Shown here piece by piece: positions 31,745 through 39,416 of a stretch of 64,000 nt of DNA. Below the pieces are notes generated by a model. It made no database searches and was not told where the DNA came from. It saw only the letters and a list, made by a program, of their open reading frames with translations. The DNA is from an uncultured delta proteobacterium (GTDB lineage Bacteria; Myxococcota_A; Polyangia; Polyangiales; Polyangiaceae). The translations under genes and the position numbers were made by a program. Where the stretch lies: positions 1,056,001 to 1,120,000 of the forward strand of contig CAWJCS010000005.1 in the NCBI GenBank assembly GCA_963841435.1. The letters run 5' to 3'. Within the stretch, counting starts at the first letter, position 1, and every line of letters begins with the position of its first letter.

Positions 31745-33274
31745 TCACATCGGGGGCACGAGGTGCTTGCGCGCGACCCTCGGCGCGCGCCGGCCGCCCG
31801 CGTGCGCAAAGCGCGTGGCAATCTCGTCGCGTAGAGCGTCCCCGGAAACGACGGCGTCGAGCACGAGCTCGCTCGCCAGCTTCTCGAGGCTCACGTCCTT
31901 CTTGTATTCGTCGCGCAGCGAGGCCACGAGCGCGTCGCGCTCAGCGCCTTCGGCCGCCTTTTGGATGCGGTGAAAATGGACGGCGTTGACGGCCGCCTGC
32001 GCCCCCATCACGGCAATCGAGGCCGTGGGCAGCGCCAGACACGCGTCCGGCTCGAAGGCTGGGCCACACATCGCGTAAAGGCCGGCGCCGTAGGCCTTTC
32101 GCACGATCACGCTCAGCTTCGGCACCGTCGCTTCACTGACGGCCGCCACCATCTTCGCGCCCGCACGGATGATGCCCTGGCGCTCCACCTTCGTGCCGAT
32201 CATGAAGCCTGGCACGTCGGCGAGGAAGAGCAGCGGCACGTTGAACGCATCACAGAGCCAGACGAAGCGCGCCGCTTTGTCCGCGCTGTTGACGAACAGC
32301 ACGCCGCCGAGGTGCTTCGGCTGATTGGCCACGATGCCGACGACACGCCCCTCGATGCGGCAAAAACCCGTGATGAGCTCCTTGGCGAAGCGCGCCTTGA
32401 GCTCGAGAAAGCTATCCTCGTCGACGAGCGCGTCGATCACCTGGCGCATGTCGAACGCCTTGTTTTCGTCGACGATGACGACGTCCTCGATACGCCGTGC
32501 GTCGGGCTTCGGGGCCCGCGCCGGGGCCACGGGCGGGTCCGCGTCGCAGGTCTGCGGCAGGTAGCCGAGGTAGGCGCGACCGAACGCGATCGCCGCGTCT
32601 TCGTCGGGCGAAAGCACGTCGCCACAGCCCGAAACGGCCGTGTGCATCTTCGCTCCCCCCATCTCCTCGAGCGTCACTTTTTCGCCGATCACCATCTCCG
32701 CCATGCGCGGCGACCCGAGGTACATGCTCGCATTGCCGTCAACCATCGCGACAACGTCGCAGAAAGCCGGAATGTAGGCGCCGCCCGCCGCCGATGGTCC
32801 GAACAGCAGGCACACCTGCGGGACGCGCCCGCTCAGCGCGACCTGATTGAAGAAGATGCGCCCCGCGCCGCGCCGGCCGGGAAACATCTCCGCCTGGTCG
32901 GTGATGCGTGCGCCCGCCGAGTCGACCAGATAAAAGAGCGGGCAGGCGAGCCGCGACGCGGTCTCCTGGATCCTCAAGATCTTTTCGACGGTGAGCTTGC
33001 CCCAGGAGCCGGCCTTCACGGTCGAATCGTTCGCCATGACGGCCACGGTGCGCCCCTCGAGCGTGCCGGTGCCGGTGATCACGCCGTCGGCGGGCAGCTC
33101 GCCGTCCATCGTGCGCGCGAGCAGCCCGTCCTCGACGAACGAGCCGGGGTCGAACAGACGGGCGATACGCTCGCGCGCGAAGAGCTTGTTCTGTGCGCGG
33201 TTCTTGTCATGGTACTTCGCCGCACCGCCGGCGCGGGCCAGAGCAGAGCGCTCGCGAAGCTTGGCGTCATCCAT
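31745..33274 (-). CDS. acyl-CoA carboxylase carboxyltransferase (beta) subunit
   Basis: ADGVITG, VDSAGARI, SAAGGAY, ADVPGFMIG, RKAYGAG. Confidence 0.93.
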   Translation of the reverse strand: MDDAKLRERSALARAGGAAKYHDKNRAQNKLFARERIARLFDPGSFVEDGLLARTMDGELPADGVITGTGTLEGRTVAVMANDSTVKAGSWGKLTVEKILRIQETASRLACPLFYLVDSAGARITDQAEMFPGRRGAGRIFFNQVALSGRVPQVCLLFGPSAAGGAYIPAFCDVVAMVDGNASMYLGSPRMAEMVIGEKVTLEEMGGAKMHTAVSGCGDVLSPDEDAAIAFGRAYLGYLPQTCDADPPVAPARAPKPDARRIEDVVIVDENKAFDMRQVIDALVDEDSFLELKARFAKELITGFCRIEGRVVGIVANQPKHLGGVLFVNSADKAARFVWLCDAFNVPLLFLADVPGFMIGTKVERQGIIRAGAKMVAAVSEATVPKLSVIVRKAYGAGLYAMCGPAFEPDACLALPTASIAVMGAQAAVNAVHFHRIQKAAEGAERDALVASLRDEYKKDVSLEKLASELVLDAVVSGDALRDEIATRFAHAGGRRAPRVARKHLVPPM

Positions 33275-33353
33275 CGGAGCGACGAGGGTAGCGAAGGTCC
33301 ATCGCGAAGGACAGGGCGCGGGGCGATCGGCCCGGAACGCTCCTACCGCGCTC

Positions 33354-34271
33354 TCAGGACCCCGCCGCCATCAGCTCACGGAGCTTGGCCTCCACCTCGG
33401 CGAGGTGATCCGAGGAGTAACCCACGCTGACGTCGCGCACCGTCCCCTGCCGATCGAGCACGAAGAGCGTGGGCAAGGCCATGGCGCGGTAGGCGCGGCT
33501 CGTCCCTCCGTCCGGATCGGAGGCCACGGCGTAGTCGATGCCGAGCTCGACGCTCGCCTGAAGCGCGGACTCGGCCGGGTCGGTCGTGATGCCGATGACC
33601 GTGAGCCCACGCGCGCCGTAGCGATCGTGCCACGCGTTCAAGGTCGGAATCGCGAGGCGACAGGCGACGCACCACGACGCCCAGAAGTCGATGACCACGA
33701 CGCGCCCGCGCAGCTCGGTGAGATCGCTCGGCAAGCTGCCCTTGACGGTAGCGAGCGTTTGCCAGCGCGGCGCCGGTGCTCCGAGAAACTCCGAGCGCAT
33801 GAGCGCGTTCTGGTCGGGCCGTGCGTCGAGCGGCACGGCGAACAACCGCTCCGTCCCCGCGCGCAAAAGGCCGACGGGAAGACGCTCGCCGGGGTGGTGG
33901 AGCGACACGATGCGCACGACGTCCGCCGGGCCGAGCACGTTCTCGGCGGCCACGCTGACGATGACATCACCCGCCTGCAGACCGGCGCGTTCGGCGGGCG
34001 AGCCGCGAAGCACATCGCGAACGAGGACGCCCGGCTCACCGGGCGGGACGGCCGCGAGCTCGACGCCGAGCCATCCCGGCGCATCGGGATCGACCGCAGC
34101 GGCACCGGGCGCCGACTCGGGCGCCCTCCCGGCAGACATCGACGCCATCGGCATCGGCGACGCCGCGGCCACGGGTGGCGTCGCCCGACCGGCGCTGCAG
34201 CCGAGCGTGGCACCGAAGAGCGCGAAGAGCGCCGGCATGCGTTCGAGCCCGGCGACGACGCGATGAGCCAC
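33354..34271 (-). CDS. PDZ + TlpA/ResA-type thioredoxin lipoprotein
   Basis: Lipobox LGC; GWLGV..GSPAERAGLQAGDVI (PDZ); IDFWASWCVAC; start is GTG 34271 or ATG 34238. Confidence 0.85.
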   Translation of the reverse strand: MAHRVVAGLERMPALFALFGATLGCSAGRATPPVAAASPMPMASMSAGRAPESAPGAAAVDPDAPGWLGVELAAVPPGEPGVLVRDVLRGSPAERAGLQAGDVIVSVAAENVLGPADVVRIVSLHHPGERLPVGLLRAGTERLFAVPLDARPDQNALMRSEFLGAPAPRWQTLATVKGSLPSDLTELRGRVVVIDFWASWCVACRLAIPTLNAWHDRYGARGLTVIGITTDPAESALQASVELGIDYAVASDPDGGTSRAYRAMALPTLFVLDRQGTVRDVSVGYSSDHLAEVEAKLRELMAAGS

Positions 34272-34293
34272 GCCTTCGTGGTACCATGTTGGC

Positions 34294-34800
34294 CTGATCC
34301 GCGCAGCCCGACACCACGTTCTGCGCGGCGTCGCCACCGCCACCGTGCTCGCCGCGTGCAGCCCAGCCCCGGCGCCGCCACCACCGGTGCGAGCCCCGGT
34401 GGCGCACCCCGCGCCGCGCCCGACGTACGCTCGATTCGAAGAAGCGCTCGCGTGGCCGCCGATCGACAGCGCTCCGTTCGAGGTTCAAGGTCACCCGCGC
34501 GCGCAGCCGCTCGCCCTCACGCACGTGAGCCCCGACGCTCGCGAAGCGTACGGAGCGCTCGTCACCGACGGCGCCCTGCCCGACGGTTCCGTCGTGGCGA
34601 TGGAGCACCGCGGCGCCGACGGAGTCACTCGCGGCACCGTCTACGTCATGGAGAAGCGCGACGGCGCGTGGAGCTACCTCGAGGTCGATGCGCGGGGCGG
34701 GGTGCTGGATCCGGCCCCCACGCGGTGCCCGATCTGCCACGCCGGCGCCGTCGCCGATCACCTCTTCGGACCGCCGCGTCGGAAACCGCCGCGGGAATGA
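34294..34800 (+). CDS. cytochrome P460/c'-beta family lipoprotein
   Basis: LAAC lipobox; LPDGSVVAME, VMEK..W.Y, C-terminal CPICH..DHLF; start uncertain (CTG 34294 or GTG 34345). Confidence 0.7.
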   Translation: MIRAARHHVLRGVATATVLAACSPAPAPPPPVRAPVAHPAPRPTYARFEEALAWPPIDSAPFEVQGHPRAQPLALTHVSPDAREAYGALVTDGALPDGSVVAMEHRGADGVTRGTVYVMEKRDGAWSYLEVDARGGVLDPAPTRCPICHAGAVADHLFGPPRRKPPRE

Positions 34801-34872
34801 CTCTCGGCCTGAGGGCGTTTTCCCGAAGAGACCGGCTGGCGCCCATGGCGACCCCGGGCGGGCGGTCTTACG

Positions 34873-35055
34873 TACAAAAAGAGAAGGCCTGATGGCTGTA
34901 CCCATCAGGCCCCAAGGACCGATCCAGCGGAAAAGAAGCGGAAGGAAGACGAAGCAGTAAGGAAGCGAAAGGGAGGCGTCTTTGTGGGGCGCCTCATACG
35001 GGATCTCGCAGCGCACGGCGAGAAAAGAAGCGAGGCTTGCACGCCTCGATAAGTG
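34873..35055 (-). ncRNA. candidate sigma54-dependent small RNA (~180 nt)
   Basis: No credible ORF; sigma54 promoter upstream; three 6-bp hairpins, a CU-rich stretch and an intrinsic terminator. Confidence 0.6.
34876..34911 (-). terminator. intrinsic terminator
   Basis: Perfect 10-bp stem GGCCTGATGG/CCATCAGGCC with a 6-nt loop, followed on the minus strand by TTCTCTTTTT. Confidence 0.75.
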
Positions 35056-35065
35056 CCCCACTAAC

Positions 35066-35081
35066 TGCAGGGTCCGTGCCA
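35066..35081 (-). promoter_or_regulatory. sigma54 promoter
   Basis: TGGCACGGACCCTGCA, near-consensus. Confidence 0.7.
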
Positions 35082-35336
35082 CCCTGGAAGGGTTTCGCAT
35101 TTCCCTAGTATTTTCAGCGAGATGTACCTGGAACCGGTGCCGGATGGGCACTCTTCGATCGCTCGGCCCCTGGTTCTCGTGTCAGGGGGGTCCAGGGGGG
35201 CATGAAATCTTTTCCGAGCCCGCTTGCAGTGACGCTGGCGCGCGCCCCCTGCGCGCCACCTGGGGATAACCACCGGCCCCCCCGCGGAGGTGAGCCCCCA
35301 GCCGAGCGCACCGTGCTATGAGTCGCCCCCTTCCGA

Positions 35337-35410
35337 GCGCCCGTAGCTCAGCTGGATAGAGCACCGGTCTACGGAACCGGTTGTCGAAAGTTCGAATCTT
35401 TCCGGGCGCG
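35337..35410 (+). tRNA. tRNA-Arg(ACG), CCA not encoded
   Basis: Acceptor GCGCCCG/CGGGCGC; D arm GCTC/GAGC; anticodon arm CCGGT-CTACGGA-ACCGG; T arm GAAAG-TTCGAAT-CTTTC. Confidence 0.96.
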
Positions 35411-35830
35411 CCCGTAGCCACCAGGTGCGGCAGAGTCGACCCCCGTTGGCTCGACTCCTCGCCGATTCGACCTCCGTTCCGATCCGTGCGGCTCCGCAGC
35501 TCGACATGCGGTGACCACCGTCAGCGGGCCGACGGTTTCGAATCTTTCCGGGCGCGCCAGGCCACAGGGTCCGGCAGGGGCGGCCTCTGCAGCTCGACTC
35601 CTCGCCGATTCGACCTCCGTTCCGATCCGTGCGGCTCCGCAGCTCGACATGCGGTGACCAGCGTCAGCGAGCCGACGGTTTCGAATCTTTCCGGGCGCGC
35701 CAGGCCACAGGGTCCGGCAGGGGCGACCTCTGCAGCTCGACTCCTCGCCGATTCGACCTCCGTTCCGATCCGTGCGGCTCCGCAGCTCGACATGCGGTGA
35801 CCAGCGTCAGCGGGCCGACGGTTTCGAATC
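35391..35830 (+). repeat. tandem array of three 143-146 bp units plus an 8-bp stub, each beginning with the tRNA 3' end
   Basis: TTCGAATC starts at 35391, 35537, 35680 and 35823; units 2 and 3 are nearly identical. Confidence 0.95.
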
Positions 35831-35901
35831 GCGGGCATCGGCGTCGCGGCGTGTGGCCTCGCCGTCGAGCAATGCGGCTTCCCCCGCGTACCGCGACTTC
35901 G

Positions 35902-36927
35902 CTAGTTTTTCGGCAGCCAGGCCTCGATGAGACCGACCTCCGCGTCGGTGAGAACGCTGGCGGGAATTGCGGGCATCCACTCGGTTCGCTCCGACACGGG
36001 GATGGTGCCGTTGTTCGTGTGCCCGTCGCGAATGACGGCGAGAAACGCAGCGCCCTGCACATCGAAGGGCACCGAGTGGGCTACCATCACATAAGCATTC
36101 GTCGTTCCGCCGCGGCCTTCGGGACCGTGACAGTACCCGCAGTAGTCGGCGTACAGGTCCGCCCCCGTGGTCGGCTGGGGGAAGCCGCCGAGCCAAGTAT
36201 AGATGTCGTCGAGGATCGCGCTGGAGATGAGCTTCGGATCGACGGCCGGCATCGGATCTTTGTAGGGCACGATGGGCGTGTCGTCGCCGTTCTTCACCAT
36301 GAAGTCGAAGAGCTCTCGATTGGGGTGCCGGATTTCCGGCCCTCGGTCCTCGATGCCCTCGCCGTTGTCGCCGTGGCAGTTGCCGCAGCCGTAGTCGGGA
36401 TCGTTCCAAGCGCTCGTGCGATCCGTCGCGGGTTGCGCGCCGGCGGCACCCGCCGCGGCGGTGCCGGCGGCACCCGCCGCGCCTCCCGCCGCCAGGCCGC
36501 CCGAAGCGCCAGCGCCCGCCCCGCCGCTGGTCGCTCCGCCGCTGTTGGCTCCGCCGCTGCCGGCCCCGCCGCCGCTGGCCCCGCCGGTGCTGGCTCCGCC
36601 GGTGCTGGCTCCGCCCGCGGCCGCCCCAGTGCCCGCCGAGCCGCCGAGCCCACCGCTGTCACCACCGTTCGAGCCGCCAACGCCTGCCGCGGCGCCGGTC
36701 GCTCCCGTGAAGTCGCCAGCGGTGCCCGCCGTCGCGCCGGTGCTCGACCCCGCCGCCGCTCCGCCCGCGCCGCCGATCGCCGCCGCTCCCGCGCTCGCGC
36801 CCGGGGGCTCGGTCACTGCGTCGTCGCCCGAGCACGCGGGCAAAGCGCCGACGGCGAGTGGCCCGAGCGCGAGCAAGGCGGCGCGCAGCGAACGACGGGA
36901 GATCGGTCTCGGGGCGGTATCCTTCAC
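35902..36927 (-). CDS. di-heme c-type cytochrome lipoprotein with Gly/Ala linker
   Basis: AGGAG RBS + GTG; LPAC lipobox; CGNCH and CGYCH, each followed by an MP motif. Confidence 0.85.
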   Translation of the reverse strand: MKDTAPRPISRRSLRAALLALGPLAVGALPACSGDDAVTEPPGASAGAAAIGGAGGAAAGSSTGATAGTAGDFTGATGAAAGVGGSNGGDSGGLGGSAGTGAAAGGASTGGASTGGASGGGAGSGGANSGGATSGGAGAGASGGLAAGGAAGAAGTAAAGAAGAQPATDRTSAWNDPDYGCGNCHGDNGEGIEDRGPEIRHPNRELFDFMVKNGDDTPIVPYKDPMPAVDPKLISSAILDDIYTWLGGFPQPTTGADLYADYCGYCHGPEGRGGTTNAYVMVAHSVPFDVQGAAFLAVIRDGHTNNGTIPVSERTEWMPAIPASVLTDAEVGLIEAWLPKN

Positions 36928-37172
36928 GGTGGCTCCTGGCCTCGCTCGCGAGCGGGAGCGGTCGCTGCGACGGAAGCTAGCACGCCGATCCGTCACGGCC
37001 CGGCTTCATCGCGATCGATGGAGTGTCACGACGGGGCAGGGATCAGGCTGCGCGTGATGCACCCGGCCGCTCGTTGCCGCTCGTTGGAAAAGTGAGAACG
37101 GCAACGGAAGGTCAGCGCGCGCCGTTCGGTGGTGGAGGCGCTTTCCGCCAACGCTGTCCTCCCTTGTATTCC

Positions 37173-37435
37173 GTGAGGCAAATCGGCAAGCTCCCGCCGC
37201 CGTCCCGACTCTCGCGGGGGGCGCGCGTCGAGCCGCGCGAGCTCCCCTCGCGGCGCGACGAGAATGCTCACGCGCCCGACGAGGATGTCGGGGAACAGCC
37301 CGCCCGGTCCGTCCCCGAAATCGTCCACGACCTCGCGCGGGGACGCCCTGTCGGCCGGCGACTTACGACGGCGTGTTGCAGATGGGCGTGCCGCCGCTAC
37401 GCATCGACAAGCCGAACGCGGAGAGCGCGCGATAA
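37173..37435 (+). CDS. possible small hypothetical protein with a frameshift near 37358
   Basis: GC3-biased codons switch frame (...RPVGR / ATYDGVLQMGVPPLRIDKPNAESAR*); weak support. Confidence 0.25.
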
Positions 37436-37472
37436 ACGAGTTTCGCCTTCGCGTTTGCGGTACGGTCGCCCC

Positions 37473-37812
37473 ATGGCAACCAAGGCACAGGCCTTCCGCA
37501 GCAAGCAGCAGAGGAACGCGAAACCACCTCGGGCAAAGCGCCCGAAGCCGCCGAGGCGCGACTTGGTCGTCAACACCTCGAAGCCGGGGGTGAGCGCGAC
37601 CGACCGCAAAGCGCGCGGCACTGCCACGGGGCAAAGCAACGTGTCTGCGCGCGCGGAGCGCAAGGGCGGAGCGAAGCTCGAGCCGTTGAACGGGCGGCAA
37701 GCCCTCGCGAAAGTCGACGCGCAAGAGCGCGGGACGCTCCAAGCCTGTCGCAAGCCTCGAGCGGCGCGCCATTCGCCGCGCCCACGCCCCATCCAAGCGG
37801 GCAAAGCGCTAG
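37473..37812 (+). CDS. small Lys/Arg-rich basic protein, +1 frameshift near 37692
   Basis: MATKAQAFRSKQQR...GAKLE continues as GKPSRKSTRKSAGRSKP...KRAKR* after removing one G. Confidence 0.65.
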
Positions 37813-37896
37813 CCGCCACTCGGCGTTTTTCGAAAGAGCACGACGCGCCCTCGCCGGGTGCGAATCACGCGAAAGCCGTGTGCGCTCGCGAGCCGC
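37812..37896. repeat. 85-bp exact direct repeat, copy 1 (duplicate of the glycosyltransferase 3' end)
   Basis: Identical to 39423-39507. Confidence 0.95.
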
Positions 37897-38117
37897 CATC
37901 GCCTTGGCTCCTCCGTTGGACCCCCGTTTTTTCGAGGAGAAGCTCCGCGGTGAGGCGATTCGGGTTTCGGGGACTGTCGGGCTGGCTCCGGGCGCGCTCC
38001 TTACCTCGTGAGCTCCACCAGCGCTCAGACCAGCAGCCACGCCTGCAGCCCGTGAGGCAACCAGGCGGGCGCGTCCGCGAAAGCGCAACGTGCTTCGCGA
38101 CCTTGGCAGAACCGAGA

Positions 38118-39104
38118 TCAGGGCACGTCGTAGACGCAAAAGTAGTAGTCCGCGTGGCAGGCGTCTTCGATGCACACGCCGCAGTCGCAGTCGGCGTCCG
38201 ATGCGCACGCGCGCGCGGTGCAGCCGCGGTCGTGGTCGCACACGCGATCGACACCGCATGCCGCGTCGGACGCGCAGTGGCAGCCGTGAAGGTCGGCCCA
38301 TTCGGTGTCGGTCGCGCAGCGCAAGCCCTGGGGACAAGTGAAGGCGCCGTCGTCGCAGCGCTTGTAAACGCAGCCGTTCGGGTCCTTGTTGGGACCGGAA
38401 CCGCCGCAGACACGATCGTCCGGACAGCTGAAGCGGTCGATCGCGCAATCGGCGAGGGCGCAGCCGTGCGGGTCAACCGGCGGCCGGTCCGGCGCGCAGA
38501 CCCGGCCTCCGGGGCACGCGTAGCCGTCCGTGCAGGGCCGTGGTGAGCAATGACCGTCCTCTCCACAGACCTCGTCCGGCCCACAGGTCTCGTCGGCGCA
38601 ACGCGGCTCGCACATGGCTCCCGGACAGGGCCCCGGAAAGACGCAGAAGCCCTCGCCGCAGTCGGTGTCGGCGTGGCAGAGGTAGGTGCCGGTGCCACAG
38701 TTCCCGAGCATCGGCGGGGGCTCGGTCTGCGCGCAGCCGCGGACGTAGGAAGTGCCGCAATCTTCGGTCGTGCGACAGCGTTGCGCGGGCAGAGCGCTGC
38801 CCTTCTTGCAATCTCCGGTGCCCCCCTGCCCGCCTCGCGGCGCGACCGCCCCGGAGCCAGCCGTGCTCGAAGCGCCGGACCCGCCCACAGAGGCGGAGCC
38901 CGCGACCTCTCCCGAGCCCCCAGCGCCCGAGCCGCCGACTCCGGCCAACGCTCCCGCACCCGTGCCCGCCTGAACGACCGAGCCTCCTTGTCCGCCGTCG
39001 CCTCCGACATCACCGGTGGAGCCCTCGTGCGAGGAGGCCCCGCACGCCGCGACGAGCAGCAGGGCGACCGGGACGGCCCAGCGACGGGATGCTCGGGCGG
39101 TCAA
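38118..39104 (-). CDS. Cys-rich repeat lipoprotein with Gly/Ser/Ala linker
   Basis: VAAC lipobox; repeated C..D..C modules; start placed at TTG 39104, downstream of the sigma54 promoter. Confidence 0.8.
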   Translation of the reverse strand: MTARASRRWAVPVALLLVAACGASSHEGSTGDVGGDGGQGGSVVQAGTGAGALAGVGGSGAGGSGEVAGSASVGGSGASSTAGSGAVAPRGGQGGTGDCKKGSALPAQRCRTTEDCGTSYVRGCAQTEPPPMLGNCGTGTYLCHADTDCGEGFCVFPGPCPGAMCEPRCADETCGPDEVCGEDGHCSPRPCTDGYACPGGRVCAPDRPPVDPHGCALADCAIDRFSCPDDRVCGGSGPNKDPNGCVYKRCDDGAFTCPQGLRCATDTEWADLHGCHCASDAACGVDRVCDHDRGCTARACASDADCDCGVCIEDACHADYYFCVYDVP

Positions 39105-39180
39105 CGGACCCCCCGACCGACGCGGCCACGCAGGACGACCCTGGCCCAAGTTGGCACACGCAACAGCATCCCTTGGGCCA

Positions 39181-39196
39181 AGCAAGAGTCCTGCCA
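39181..39196 (-). promoter_or_regulatory. sigma54 promoter
   Basis: TGGCAGGACTCTTGCT. Confidence 0.7.
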
Positions 39197-39416
39197 TTCT
39201 CTCGAGCGTGAACCCGCGCTCAACTCTCGCTCTCGGTTCGGCGGCGGGAGGACGACGGCGCGACAGAAGGCTCTCAAAACTCCCGGTGCCCGCTCGGTCG
39301 CTGGACCCGAGAGGCGAAGGACTCAGGGCAAATAGCGCTGAACGACCAACGCGCCTCGCCCGCGCGGACCGGTGTGAACCCTTGGCATCGGGCCGTCCGC
39401 GACCCGATGAGCCGAG

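Noticed and set aside
35500-35702. Additional tRNA genes in the repeats
   Set aside because: Only the T-loop and 3' acceptor strand are present; no D arm, anticodon arm or 5' acceptor strand
35391-35830. CRISPR array
   Set aside because: Whole 143-bp units repeat, with no unique spacers and no cas genes
35316-35838. Repeated small ORFs (MSSCGAARIGTEVESARSR...)
   Set aside because: By-products of the tandem repeat, partly antisense to the tRNA; no coding evidence
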